Source: a virus
Strand: one strand, 5' to 3'
IMG/VR virus record: IMGVR_UViG_3300033148_002693
Coordinates: 34,717-98,716 of that record
Length of the DNA stretch: 64,000 bases
Shown: piece by piece, positions 54,143 to 63,756 of the stretch
Layout: each line of letters begins with the position of its first letter
Numbering within the stretch: the first letter of the stretch is position 1
Position numbers and translations under genes: made by a program
Notes under the pieces: model-generated
Told to the model about the DNA's origin: nothing
The model's database searches: none
The model's input: the letters and a program-made list of their open reading frames with translations, nothing else

Positions 54143-55255
54143 TTGAAGATCATAGCATTTGACATAGAGACACAATTGGTTCCAGATGGCATCGAAGACC
54201 TCGCCATGCTGGAAAAGTCGCTTGACGTTTACTGCATTGCCACCGCCCAGTGGCCCCCTATTGAAGAACCAGAAAGTGGAAATTACGAAATCAGGTTATG
54301 GCATGGCGGATGGGGTTCTGTGTTGAGCCTAGAATCCGAGGTTGCGGATTCACTCAACAAAGGGGAACTTTCGGCGTTCTTGCATTTTCTTGATGAAAGA
54401 ATGACAGAAGGGTACATACCAGTCGGCTTTAATTCCACGCATTTTGATCTTCAAGCCCTTGCGATGTCCACAGGAGACTGGGTATTGGCTCGCAAGATCG
54501 CCAAAGGCCATTACGATATGATGTTGGAAATGGTTGCGCGTAAGGGCTTTGGGTGCAAGCTCCAACGCGCTGGCGAAGCTATAGGTAGTGGAAAATCACT
54601 TTCTGGGGGCGTCGTTGAAGAATATTGGGCTTTGGGTGATCAAGAAACACGTCAGAAGGTTCTTGATTATGTGAGGAGTGATGCTGTATTAACCGCCGAT
54701 GTTGCGATGAAGGCGATGCAGAGCGGGTCGTTCAAATGGATAACTTCGAAGGGCAACGTCGCCAATTGGGAACTGGATAGTGCTGATGGCGAATTCACAT
54801 TTCTGACCGTTGAAGAGATTATGAAGTTGAGAGACCCTGACACCTCGTGGATGGACAAGCCGCCGATGTTCACGAAAGAATCTTTGGCTGCTTGGGTGTT
54901 CGATGAGGGGTCTGTGTGGACTTCAAGAAATAGCTATGAAGATGATGACGGAATCAACATTGGAGATTTGGTTGATAAGTCTGGGGCGTTGATAGATTAC
55001 GGGATGGCCGTTGAACCAAACGACGAATGGGATTGCGTGTTCATTAGGCGGAGAGATGGTCAGTATGGCTATATCAATATTACTGGATACCGTGACCCTG
55101 GTTTCGTTCCGTTGGGTGAACTTTGGGCTAGGGGAAGACAGATGGAGATAGCTGAGGCGTCTATGGCTTTGGAGATCACTTTTAGAGAATTGTTTGATCC
55201 TGCGGCTAGAAGGGTAGAACAGGAAACAGAACCAATCAATCCAGAGGATTTATAG
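54143..55255 (+). CDS. DEDD/RNase H-like 3'-5' exonuclease
   Basis: IAFDIET (ExoI), GFNSTHFD (ExoII), YVRSDA (ExoIII). Confidence 0.85.
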   Translation: MKIIAFDIETQLVPDGIEDLAMLEKSLDVYCIATAQWPPIEEPESGNYEIRLWHGGWGSVLSLESEVADSLNKGELSAFLHFLDERMTEGYIPVGFNSTHFDLQALAMSTGDWVLARKIAKGHYDMMLEMVARKGFGCKLQRAGEAIGSGKSLSGGVVEEYWALGDQETRQKVLDYVRSDAVLTADVAMKAMQSGSFKWITSKGNVANWELDSADGEFTFLTVEEIMKLRDPDTSWMDKPPMFTKESLAAWVFDEGSVWTSRNSYEDDDGINIGDLVDKSGALIDYGMAVEPNDEWDCVFIRRRDGQYGYINITGYRDPGFVPLGELWARGRQMEIAEASMALEITFRELFDPAARRVEQETEPINPEDL

Positions 55256-55270
55256 ATTGGAGGCATTATA

Positions 55271-56038
55271 GTGGAAAGCGCGTTGATTATTTCTGATTTG
55301 CCGATTGTTGAGTTCTCAGACAGGTTGAAAAGCCTCACTCTTCCAGATCGCTCTCAGTTGCGGATAGAGCGGGTGCAGAAGCTGAACCAGTTACAAGACG
55401 CCGCTTGGATAGACATTATGGAACAGGTGTGGCATCTTCGGAATGATTTTGAGATTGTAGATGGGAGTCCGGTTTACGCATGGCAGCAGATATGCCCTGG
55501 GTACAATTGGACTCAGTTCGGTATGGACGTTTTGGGCCTTTGCAGGTCTGACACGAGTCTATTGCCGGCAATCTGGGATGTGTTCGTGGTCACGTTCGGT
55601 TATTCCAGGGAAGATTTGCTGAGGGCCGGCGTTGCACGGTTAAAACATTCAGTTGGATTGATTCGCCAGAAATGGGAAAACGAGATGAAACGAGTCGAAG
55701 TGCTCGAATCAGCCGTGTTCGGTGAGCTACCAGATGGGAATTGGGAGGAGGAAGCGCAAGAAGTGAATCCCCCAGAACCAGAAACGGTCGCAGTCGTCGA
55801 TAATCTGGTCGCTCAATTGCGTGAAGAGGAGAAAGGGGGGGTATCAATTTCGATAGCAATTGATCATGATGCAAGTACAAACGGCGGTTTGAAGATTATT
55901 GCATGGAATGATGGGCTTGCCTATGAGGTTGGCGAGTTCGTTCCTAACTATGATCAACAATGGGATCGAAATGACATTTCATGGCAACAGATTGTGGATG
56001 CTGCGATTGACAGGATAAGCGGAAGGGTGAAGTTTTAA
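55271..56038 (+). CDS. Hypothetical protein
   Basis: GGAGG RBS; long ORF. Confidence 0.7.
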   Translation: MESALIISDLPIVEFSDRLKSLTLPDRSQLRIERVQKLNQLQDAAWIDIMEQVWHLRNDFEIVDGSPVYAWQQICPGYNWTQFGMDVLGLCRSDTSLLPAIWDVFVVTFGYSREDLLRAGVARLKHSVGLIRQKWENEMKRVEVLESAVFGELPDGNWEEEAQEVNPPEPETVAVVDNLVAQLREEEKGGVSISIAIDHDASTNGGLKIIAWNDGLAYEVGEFVPNYDQQWDRNDISWQQIVDAAIDRISGRVKF

Positions 56039-56056
56039 GTTAAGGGGGGGTTTACT

Positions 56057-56260
56057 ATGGAAACTAAACGACGGCGGGGACGGCCAGTGGGTATGGTGTA
56101 CAAACACCAGGTCATGGTCCGGCTCACAGATGGGCAGGTGGGGCGACTGGACGCGGTTTGTGAAAAATACGATTTGAATCGATCCCTCGTGATTCGGGAT
56201 TGCGTAGCAAAATCTAATCTCGAAGAGGTGGCGCGGGAGATCGCCGAGAGTAGAGAATAG
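56057..56260 (+). CDS. AT-hook plus ribbon-helix-helix regulator
   Basis: RRGRP, VMVRLT..QV.RLD...NRSLVIRDCV. Confidence 0.75.
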   Translation: METKRRRGRPVGMVYKHQVMVRLTDGQVGRLDAVCEKYDLNRSLVIRDCVAKSNLEEVAREIAESRE

Positions 56261-56329
56261 TCGAATAACAGCAGCAGCGCCGTAGGTACTTCGACGCTCG
56301 TTCGCCCCATACACGCGTGGAGGTTTGGC

Positions 56330-56569
56330 ATGATAACACTAGAAATGAGATTAGGGTTTGCATTATTCTGGATTTGTTGGTCGGCCATCGTCACCGTAGC
56401 TTTTGGTGGCGCGCTTCTGATTGAGTTGAAAGATGCAAAAAAGAAAGGGCGTCATCCATCGGCCTTTGCGTATATTGGATTTACGTTTTTGAGTGCCGGA
56501 GGGTTGGCGTTCTTGATTATGCTTGGCTACTCTATCTTGACTCAAGTTCAGGTGTCTATCAATGGCTAG
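56330..56569 (+). CDS. Two-TM membrane protein
   Basis: Two hydrophobic helices; GGAGG RBS. Confidence 0.65.
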   Translation: MITLEMRLGFALFWICWSAIVTVAFGGALLIELKDAKKKGRHPSAFAYIGFTFLSAGGLAFLIMLGYSILTQVQVSING

Positions 56570-56786
56570 CTGCCGAACGTGCTGGTGGAGAGATTGCGAA
56601 TCCTGGTGTAGCAATCCTGATTGCCCTCATTACATAGATGACCTCGATCAGAGTTGTAGGGAATGGGTGAATCGACACATTGGTGAAGAACCAGGAATGA
56701 GGGAGCTTAGGGTTTCGCTAGATGGGTTGATGCGTATTGTGATGGAGGCTGAGGGTGACTACTTCCCGTTTAGTCGTTGGAGTTGA
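56562..56786 (+). CDS. Cys-rich small protein
   Basis: CRTCWWRDC..WCSNPDC. Confidence 0.55.
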   Translation: MASCRTCWWRDCESWCSNPDCPHYIDDLDQSCREWVNRHIGEEPGMRELRVSLDGLMRIVMEAEGDYFPFSRWS

Positions 56787-57291
56787 TGTTGGAACGTCAA
56801 AAAACCTGGGGATAGCCATCGTCACAGATAAGGGCGAGTTGTGGGGGTATGGAAGTGTGTGGTACGCTGAGCCATTCGAGTTGAAGGGTAATGACTTGAT
56901 GGACAGGGTGGTTATGGCACGGGAGCGTACGAGGTATATACTGGACATTCTGGAACGCAACTTGTTTTTTGTCGATCACTCGTATTGGTTCATCGAGACC
57001 GCCCCACTGGTACGTGGTGGTAGGGCTAACGTGAGAACGTTGAAAGCACTGACCATGATCGAGGCCGCCGTTGAGATTGCGTTGCGGCTGAGGTATGTCC
57101 CGTTCGAGGCGTTGCACCCCTCTACTATCAAAAAGGGGTTCACGGGGAATGGTAGAGCAAAAAAGATTGATGTGCAGAACAAGGTGTATTCTATATTCGA
57201 TGAATTCAATGAGGATACCAAACCCATCGACGAGAATGTAGCTGACGCGCTTGCGGCGGCAATGACGGGGCTTGAGAGGTTGCAATTATGA
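56755..57291 (+). CDS. ruvC: RuvC-like Holliday junction resolvase
   Basis: VGVDVG, FIE, PSTIKKGFTGNGRAKK, ENVADALA. Confidence 0.88.
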   Translation: MTTSRLVVGVDVGTSKNLGIAIVTDKGELWGYGSVWYAEPFELKGNDLMDRVVMARERTRYILDILERNLFFVDHSYWFIETAPLVRGGRANVRTLKALTMIEAAVEIALRLRYVPFEALHPSTIKKGFTGNGRAKKIDVQNKVYSIFDEFNEDTKPIDENVADALAAAMTGLERLQL

Positions 57292-57431
57292 AGTGTCCAT
57301 TCTGCGGGAGTGATAGTGTTTATCGCAGAGCAGACGGCGAAGGCTGGTTTTGTTTGGATTGCATGAATACATGGATAAGGAGGTTAAAATGTCACCCGGA
57401 CAAATCTTGGGAGTTGTTATCATTGCGGTAG
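57288..57431 (+). CDS. 47-aa zinc-ribbon peptide (not in ORF track)
   Basis: MKCPFCGS...WFCLDC; ATGA overlap; GAGG RBS. Confidence 0.6.
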   Translation: MKCPFCGSDSVYRRADGEGWFCLDCMNTWIRRLKCHPDKSWELLSLR

Positions 57432-57547
57432 TTCTGGCGGTGTGTGTTGTGATTTGTTTGGCTGCCATAATCAGGTCAAGTCAGATCAGCGCGATGGAGC
57501 GCAAGCGCGAGTTCGAGTTGTATAAGGAGCAGTTCAAGAATGATTAG
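57389..57547 (+). CDS. Single-TM peptide
   Basis: AAGGAGG RBS; hydrophobic helix. Confidence 0.6.
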   Translation: MSPGQILGVVIIAVVLAVCVVICLAAIIRSSQISAMERKREFELYKEQFKND

Positions 57548-57953
57548 CATATTCTTGGCAATCGTCATGATGAGGCAACCGGATTTGGATGGGTTGGCGA
57601 CTTATTACTATGAGCCTGGGGTGAGGTTCAGAAACGAGGAGATGTTTGATAATTTCGCTCCTGTGTGTGCAGTCGATGGGACTCTATGGAATGAGATGAA
57701 GGGCAAAACTCTTTTGGTTCAATCTGTTCGTGACAACAAGTTCGCCGTGTGTGTCGTGAAGGATAGCGGAAGGTTGTCATCTGGTGGAGATTGGAGGCAG
57801 TCACGTCGCACCTGGAAACGTTGGTTGCGACCGGACGACGCTGATGCCATTGGACCGATTCGCAGGAATGTCGTGGATATACCGCAGAGGATGTTCCTGG
57901 AATCGTTTGGGGATTTGGAAACCAGGCATGTGAGAGCATGGGTAGTACAATAA
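57540..57953 (+). CDS. RlpA-like double-psi beta-barrel protein
   Basis: GLATYY, CAV, CVVKDSG, VVDI. Confidence 0.65.
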   Translation: MISIFLAIVMMRQPDLDGLATYYYEPGVRFRNEEMFDNFAPVCAVDGTLWNEMKGKTLLVQSVRDNKFAVCVVKDSGRLSSGGDWRQSRRTWKRWLRPDDADAIGPIRRNVVDIPQRMFLESFGDLETRHVRAWVVQ

Positions 57954-57967
57954 GGATGTGATGATGA

Positions 57968-58156
57968 ATGGATTGGGAAAAGATCGTTCTTGAGCTTCCA
58001 GAAGACACACCATTGCCGTGCATCAGGAACAGATGGCACAGGTTGCAGGATGGGAGAATCGTAGCAACATACACAAGAAAGGAATTGATATGGGCACTTC
58101 TAGCGATAGGAAAATTAGATGAACGCATACTCGGTGGTACTCAAATTGAAGAATGA
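57968..58156 (+). CDS. Hypothetical protein
   Basis: ORF in coupled run. Confidence 0.5.
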   Translation: MDWEKIVLELPEDTPLPCIRNRWHRLQDGRIVATYTRKELIWALLAIGKLDERILGGTQIEE

Positions 58157-58379
58157 TAACATGATTATTTCTGTAGTTGCTGCCAGCGATGAAGGTGCCG
58201 CAATCATCGGTTTGATGAAGTTGGTATTCCAGGATCCAGTACATGCACTTTTGTTGGATGATGTTGCATGTCAAGAGATACCGGAAAGTGCCATCACAGA
58301 GATGTATGAGGCCGTTGTCTTGCAGAAGAAAGAGAGCTTGGGCCCATTCGAAGATTTTCTACAGAAATTGGAGGATTGA
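58119..58379 (+). CDS. Hypothetical protein
   Basis: ORF in coupled run. Confidence 0.55.
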   Translation: MNAYSVVLKLKNDNMIISVVAASDEGAAIIGLMKLVFQDPVHALLLDDVACQEIPESAITEMYEAVVLQKKESLGPFEDFLQKLED

Positions 58380-58380
58380 A

Positions 58381-58644
58381 ATGAGTGGTAGGGCAGTGTT
58401 TGCGTTGTTGATTCTGGTGCTCATATTGGCATTGGCCCTTGTGGTCGTATTGATGAGCAACCCGTCCACGACACCGGATAAGCTGTTCAAGGCATGGAAT
58501 AACCCCGTTGATCACAGCTTGAACAGCACGACTATTAATACGATGTATGCGTTGCGTGGGGACTTTGTGTTGACGGTGCTCTTTGCCATTCCGCTCTGTG
58601 TTGGTGGCTTGGCATTCTCTATGATATTGGGCAGGAAAAAGTGA
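58381..58644 (+). CDS. Two-TM membrane protein
   Basis: GGAGG RBS; two hydrophobic helices. Confidence 0.6.
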   Translation: MSGRAVFALLILVLILALALVVVLMSNPSTTPDKLFKAWNNPVDHSLNSTTINTMYALRGDFVLTVLFAIPLCVGGLAFSMILGRKK

Positions 58645-58997
58645 ACGCGCCAGACATCATCAGGTACTACAGTGAACGGGGGTTAGTGTGGCCGAAGGAT
58701 GCCTTCGAGGCGTTGGCCTGGGCGCATACGGAGCTTGGTGAAGTCTATGAATTGTTGCTGGCACGCAAGGATTGGGTTCGAAACAATCCTGGTGATATAG
58801 AAGAATTCTCCCCGGTCAGGTTTGCGGAAGAGCTTGGTGACGTATTGATGATGGTTGTTGTTGCTGGTTTGGTCGAGAATGTTGACCCGTTCATTGCATT
58901 GCAACGGAAGATGGAGAGAAAATTACATGAGTTATCTACAGCGGATAGCGATGTTGACGGACAATGTGAGGATGTTGCGGGCGATCTTGGTCCGTGA
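58641..58997 (+). CDS. MazG-like nucleotide pyrophosphohydrolase
   Basis: TELGEV...AEELGDVLM. Confidence 0.85.
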   Translation: MNAPDIIRYYSERGLVWPKDAFEALAWAHTELGEVYELLLARKDWVRNNPGDIEEFSPVRFAEELGDVLMMVVVAGLVENVDPFIALQRKMERKLHELSTADSDVDGQCEDVAGDLGP

Positions 58998-59223
58998 GGT
59001 AACTTGCACAAAGTTGCAGAAGCAGAAGGACAGGAAGTGGTTGCTGGAGAATTATGGGGATTTGAGCGAAGAAGCGATGAGGAAGAAGGTCGTGCGATTG
59101 AACAGAGAGGTTCATGATCTTTGGAAGATGCATAATAGGGAAAGATACCATGACTACAAAGAAGAATCAATGGTCGGAAGTGTACGTAGAGCCAGGTATG
59201 TCGGTAAGGGCTATCACATCTAA
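58927..59223 (+). CDS. Hypothetical protein
   Basis: GGAG RBS; overlaps neighbours. Confidence 0.45.
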   Translation: MSYLQRIAMLTDNVRMLRAILVREVTCTKLQKQKDRKWLLENYGDLSEEAMRKKVVRLNREVHDLWKMHNRERYHDYKEESMVGSVRRARYVGKGYHI

Positions 59224-59827
59224 CAAAGTTCTTGAGGTATTACATTCTGAGGTCAAACGTCAGGGGGTATCTGTTACTACTCGTGATGTGGCGAATCGGT
59301 TACAATGGAACCTTGACCGTGTACGTAGGCAGTTGAAGAAGTTGGTTGATGAGGGCGTTGTTTGCTTTACTGGCAATGAATCGCTGGCCACATGGTGGGT
59401 TGACGATTTTAAGATGATCGACAATATTCCAGAATTAAGTTTTGACGATATGTCTTTGGAGGCCCTCAGCGACAGGGTTGCTTTGCTGATGGGATGGAGG
59501 ACGGTTCACCACCCTATACTGAAATACGAGTGGGTTGATGTCGATGGGCTGTCAACAGGGTATAATGGGGTTTGGTCGATATGGAATCCAGTCCTTGATA
59601 CTCCGTTCTACATCGGGCAGGCGGTGAAGGTTTGGGAATGGCTTGAAACCAATTGCCCGGAGGGAATTTACGACTTCGAGGTCGCCTACGTTGGCGATAG
59701 TAGAGGGGATTGGTGGGTTTGCTTCTACTCTGAGCAATTGGAAAGTTGTATCGAGTTCTACGGGGACTTTGGTGAAGTGATTTGCAAGGCGATGGTCAGG
59801 GCCGTCACTTTGGCTTCTGGTAATTGA
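59150..59827 (+). CDS. Winged-HTH plus phage ABA-sandwich-like domain protein
   Basis: TTRDVANRLQWNLDRVRRQLKKLVDEG; LSDRVALLMGW...ICKAMV. Confidence 0.55.
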   Translation: MTTKKNQWSEVYVEPGMSVRAITSNKVLEVLHSEVKRQGVSVTTRDVANRLQWNLDRVRRQLKKLVDEGVVCFTGNESLATWWVDDFKMIDNIPELSFDDMSLEALSDRVALLMGWRTVHHPILKYEWVDVDGLSTGYNGVWSIWNPVLDTPFYIGQAVKVWEWLETNCPEGIYDFEVAYVGDSRGDWWVCFYSEQLESCIEFYGDFGEVICKAMVRAVTLASGN

Positions 59828-59839
59828 AATGGGACTGTC

Positions 59840-60220
59840 ATGACATTGTATGTAGAGTATGTAGATGAAAACAAATTCAGGGTTCATGATGCTTACAGGC
59901 TTCCAGGGGCGAATGTTTGTGATGTCGTAGTCGAGACTATAAACGATCTTGGAGATACTGTAGAACTCGTACTGTCAGGTGGTAGCAAGGGACTGAGAGC
60001 ACGTGTATACGATGGTAGGATGTTTTCAACAATTGTCGGTTCAGACCCAGGCGTGATGTTGTACCACGCCGTTGATCAACTGATGTTTTTCAAAATGATG
60101 CCTTATATAGATTATATAGATGTAGAGTTTGTGACAGGGATTGTTAGATGGGTAGGAAGGTCGGAACCGTGGTGGATTAGATTATTGAATAGATGGGGGA
60201 GCAAACATGGGAAATTTTAA
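59840..60220 (+). CDS. Hypothetical protein
   Basis: ORF track. Confidence 0.55.
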   Translation: MTLYVEYVDENKFRVHDAYRLPGANVCDVVVETINDLGDTVELVLSGGSKGLRARVYDGRMFSTIVGSDPGVMLYHAVDQLMFFKMMPYIDYIDVEFVTGIVRWVGRSEPWWIRLLNRWGSKHGKF

Positions 60221-60467
60221 GCAAGTCGGTAAGGTTGAGGGTGTCAAGCTCTATACATGTGAATGTGATGGATGCCGGCGTAATGTGCCGTGATTTGAGA
60301 TTGAATTGTAATTGTCAATGTATCCGAGATATGCAGATGATGAGGCGTGGTATCGGTATCTCTGTTATAGCTGTGTGGCCGGAAAGAGTTTAGCGCGTAG
60401 GCGGTTTGTAGATATGCTCACAGAGGCAGATGAGATAAAACGAGTAGAACATGAGGTACTAGAGTGA
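60207..60467 (+). pseudogene. Zinc-finger gene with two in-frame stops
   Basis: MGNFK...CDGC..*..*...CYSC...; TGA at 60291 and TAA at 60309; GGGGAG RBS; fills the gap exactly. Confidence 0.6.
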
Positions 60468-60473
60468 GGGGAC

Positions 60474-60695
60474 ATGAATCACACAGTAGAACCGTGGGCG
60501 GCGGGAGTGGATCGACACATTAAGGCGGACGGGATGGTGATAGGCCGCTTCTTTTCGCCGGATGACTTAGCGCGTGCGCTGGCCTGCGTGAATGCCTGCG
60601 TGGGGTTGAGCGATGAGGAGCTAGAGTCTATCACAGAGCTTGGCGGCGTGAAGGTGCATATGGAGACATTGGAGGCCGAGATTGATGCCCAATAA
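60474..60695 (+). CDS. Hypothetical protein (paralog of 48168)
   Basis: CVNACVGLSDEEL. Confidence 0.65.
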   Translation: MNHTVEPWAAGVDRHIKADGMVIGRFFSPDDLARALACVNACVGLSDEELESITELGGVKVHMETLEAEIDAQ

Positions 60696-60939
60696 TACCT
60701 GGGACGTTTGCGAGGTGTGCGGCGTAGAAGTGACAAAGACACACGACGGTATGTGTGCTGTCTGTGCATTCATGGCCGAACAGGTAGAGGCCGGCGCGCT
60801 GAAGCTGGTGGCGGAGTTTAGGGATTGCCCGACATGCGGCACGCCGTGTCGCGTCGTGGTCGATGACATCGGATGCGGACTAGCGCAGATGCACTATGAG
60901 CCTATTAAGGCGGAGGGTGACGATGAAATCTTGGGATAA
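60682..60939 (+). CDS. Zinc-finger protein
   Basis: Three CxxC motifs. Confidence 0.6.
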   Translation: MMPNNTWDVCEVCGVEVTKTHDGMCAVCAFMAEQVEAGALKLVAEFRDCPTCGTPCRVVVDDIGCGLAQMHYEPIKAEGDDEILG

Positions 60940-61291
60940 GCTGACACACAATGAGATCGACGCGCTAAGTGGCAATGAACTATCGCGTGCGGTATGGATG
61001 GCGATGGGGGTGCATGGATATATTCTACCCGATGATTTGGTGATATATATTGCTCAGGATAAGACGCGGAGCGTTTGGCATTCCCACGAAGACGCGAACC
61101 AGGCGCTAGAGGTGTGGGGTGCGCTGCTAGAGATTGATGATGATTTCTATTTGGTTATGGATAGCGAAGATGGAATCAATATCTATCATCGCTATTCGTT
61201 TCCGGCGATTGGCAGTGGTACATTCTGCGAAACAATATACCGCGCGTATCTGAAAGCACGGCAATGTGAGCGTGATGATAACGTTTTGTGA
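60923..61291 (+). CDS. Hypothetical protein resembling the C-half of 59150
   Basis: LS..ELSRAVWMAMG...IYRAYLKA. Confidence 0.55.
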   Translation: MKSWDKLTHNEIDALSGNELSRAVWMAMGVHGYILPDDLVIYIAQDKTRSVWHSHEDANQALEVWGALLEIDDDFYLVMDSEDGINIYHRYSFPAIGSGTFCETIYRAYLKARQCERDDNVL

Positions 61292-61466
61292 ACAGCTAGA
61301 GATTATCCGCGATTTGGTTGATAATGCGTTGAGCAAGGATTTACAGAACGATGCGATGCGCCGGCTGATATTGTTGGGATTGGAGGAGGAGTGCGAGACG
61401 CTGGCTGAAATTGACTTTGAGGCGTGGCTTGCCGAACACCCAGAGGAGTTGAATGATGCTAACTAA
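61266..61466 (+). CDS. Small acidic protein
   Basis: Coupled ORF run. Confidence 0.5.
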   Translation: MSVMITFCEQLEIIRDLVDNALSKDLQNDAMRRLILLGLEEECETLAEIDFEAWLAEHPEELNDAN

Positions 61467-61644
61467 CACAGATAAGGTATTGCTAGAATGGCGCTATCCA
61501 GATATTGATATGCTCAGGGCATTTGTGTATGACCTGGAGAGCATGGTAGAATCTCCTACCATTGATGACCAGGATGTAAGAGAATGGGCCGCCGACGTAT
61601 TCGCAGATGGCATTGAGAACTATCAGCCAATGAAGGAGGCTTGA
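61453..61644 (+). CDS. Small acidic protein
   Basis: GAGGAG RBS. Confidence 0.55.
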   Translation: MMLTNTDKVLLEWRYPDIDMLRAFVYDLESMVESPTIDDQDVREWAADVFADGIENYQPMKEA

Positions 61645-61865
61645 CAATGACTGAGGATGAACGAACCGTACTGGCGTATGTGGCCGATGTGGTGAATGGC
61701 GTGAGGGATTGCGGGCATATTTTGGGTGTTGCTACACCTGTCAAGATGGTGTTTCCCGATATTGCCCACTTCGCAACCGTCGTTGATGCTCTTGTGCGGC
61801 TAGACGGGGAAGCGATGAGGCGCGAGGCAAACGCCGAACGCTCGGAGGCATCTCGCGATGGCTAA
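61641..61865 (+). CDS. Hypothetical protein
   Basis: AAGGAGG RBS. Confidence 0.55.
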   Translation: MTMTEDERTVLAYVADVVNGVRDCGHILGVATPVKMVFPDIAHFATVVDALVRLDGEAMRREANAERSEASRDG

Positions 61866-61976
61866 CCGCAAGTGTAAGGTTTGTGGCAAGCCGGTTGCAG
61901 GGAGCCGCGGTGCCTGGGTGAGCATTGGCGAAGTTGTGGGCTGGATATATTGGGCATGTATGCCGAAGGGGGAGCG

Positions 61977-62189
61977 ATGAAATTCGATTATCGTATATTG
62001 GGGTATATCCTGTTTTGGAGTGGTATTATTCTGCTATTCCCATATATCATTGAAAATGCTGTCCGCTTGTTTGGTGAAGTATTCTATGGCTGGGAGTATT
62101 ACGATAAAATCATACCGTCAATACCGTCAGTTCCATTGTTCGATTGTTTGATTGGGTTGTATCTTCTGAGATGGAAGGGGGAGCAATGA
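61977..62189 (+). CDS. Two-TM membrane protein
   Basis: GGGGAG RBS; hydrophobic. Confidence 0.55.
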   Translation: MKFDYRILGYILFWSGIILLFPYIIENAVRLFGEVFYGWEYYDKIIPSIPSVPLFDCLIGLYLLRWKGEQ

Positions 62190-62347
62190 AGTTTGTTAAA
62201 TATGAGAGTGAATTCATCAAGGATATACTCGCATCACATAGCACGCAGAGTTACCCGTTTACATTCATTGGCCTGAAAGTATTTGGTGGATTCTACATTA
62301 TTTATCTGGTGTAGATTAAATCGCAGAAAGCCCTATAGAGAGGGGGA

Positions 62348-62731
62348 ATGATTGTGGATGGACTGAGAGAAGCGGCGCGGGCGGTGATTGATGAAGTATC
62401 ACTTGATCCTGACGCAACGGACGCGGAGGGCAGGGATTGGTACTGGCTATCAGGCGAGGTGCTAGAGCAACTTCGCGACGCCCTGGCAGGGCCGGAATGG
62501 ACAAGCGTCGATGACGCGTTGCCGGATGCCGAGGGTGATTATCTGACCTGTTATGCTATTCATCGCCCATCGCAATATCAGAGATATACAATCAACCCAT
62601 TCATTTATGAACGAAGCTGGGATGGCGTATTAGCCGAGCATGAACCAGGTAGATTCCGATATGCCTGTACGCATTGGATGCGAATTGATTGGCCGAAGTG
62701 GCCTGACCCGCCGGAGGTGGACAATGGATAA
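62348..62731 (+). CDS. DUF551-like protein
   Basis: WTSVDDALP...THWM...WPDPP. Confidence 0.65.
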   Translation: MIVDGLREAARAVIDEVSLDPDATDAEGRDWYWLSGEVLEQLRDALAGPEWTSVDDALPDAEGDYLTCYAIHRPSQYQRYTINPFIYERSWDGVLAEHEPGRFRYACTHWMRIDWPKWPDPPEVDNG

Positions 62732-62829
62732 GCTCTTCTCGGATTGGGCGATGTGGGCGACGCTCATAGGCTTCTGCTTGTGGCGGCACTGGCATTCGTG
62801 ATAGTGGGTGACGGGTTGGGATGGTGGGA

Positions 62830-63153
62830 ATGACCGTGCTCCTGGCCCTTATGATGACGCCGCCGTTTGATTCGATGCGCGTGGGCTATGCCATGTTTAG
62901 CGTGTCGGCATACGTTGATGACCCGATATATGGTAACATCGCGGCGTCCGGTGCGCTTTTGCGCGAGGGCGATTGCGCGTGTGGCCCTGGCTATCCGTTC
63001 GGTACAGTGTTCGCATTGCCGGATCGTGTCGTGATATGTCGCGATAGGGGCGGCGCGATAACAGATGGGCATATCGATGTTTACACTCGGAGCAAGGCGT
63101 GGGCATTGGATGTGTGGGGCCGGCGACGATTGCCGGCGGTGGTAGTGAGGTGA
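62830..63153 (+). CDS. 3D-domain (MltA-like) secreted protein
   Basis: VSAY, ASG, PFGT, CRDRGGAI...HIDVY...A..WG. Confidence 0.85.
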   Translation: MTVLLALMMTPPFDSMRVGYAMFSVSAYVDDPIYGNIAASGALLREGDCACGPGYPFGTVFALPDRVVICRDRGGAITDGHIDVYTRSKAWALDVWGRRRLPAVVVR

Positions 63154-63155
63154 GA

Positions 63156-63467
63156 ATGATGCGAGTGAAAGTGGAAGCGAGTGAGCCTTGGGAAACGGAA
63201 TATGGCTGGGAGGAGGTGGTTTGCGAAAGCGTGAAAGATTATCCAATGGCTCCGCGCTGGGCAAGGGAGATATTGGAAGTCGCCGGTCAGTTGTTCGATC
63301 AGGGGATAGAGAAGGATTTGATCGTCAGGGCGATGACGGGGCGAGTGGTTTTCCGGGAGTACGTGATATTGAAGTTAGCGTCGATGGCGGAGCCGGAAAA
63401 GAAGCGCTTTTTGGCCTCGGCGGCATCCAAGAAAAGAAAGATGGCAGGTGACGGAAATGACGAATGA
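63156..63467 (+). CDS. Hypothetical protein
   Basis: GAGGTG RBS. Confidence 0.6.
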   Translation: MMRVKVEASEPWETEYGWEEVVCESVKDYPMAPRWAREILEVAGQLFDQGIEKDLIVRAMTGRVVFREYVILKLASMAEPEKKRFLASAASKKRKMAGDGNDE

Positions 63468-63756
63468 GCAGTTGCGAATCTTGCTGGAGGCTTGGCATAG
63501 ACTGTTTTGTGGCAAGTTGGAGGAGTTGAACAGGGCCTTGGCTGTGATTGCGGAGCTGGAACAGCACATAGATTGGGCTTGGGTCGGAGAGGAGCCGGTG
63601 AGTGTGACGGAATTGATGTTTGCCCCTTTTAATCGCCATGAGACTGATAAGTGGCGCATGGTACCAAATGGTGAGGTGGTTGTGCTGGATGGTATGCGCG
63701 AGTTTCAGGATATGCTGGCCGATGCGGTTGCAGAGTTGCCGGCGGAAGGTGACTGA
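63457..63756 (+). CDS. Hypothetical protein
   Basis: AGGTG RBS; overlap-coupled. Confidence 0.55.
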   Translation: MTNEQLRILLEAWHRLFCGKLEELNRALAVIAELEQHIDWAWVGEEPVSVTELMFAPFNRHETDKWRMVPNGEVVVLDGMREFQDMLADAVAELPAEGD

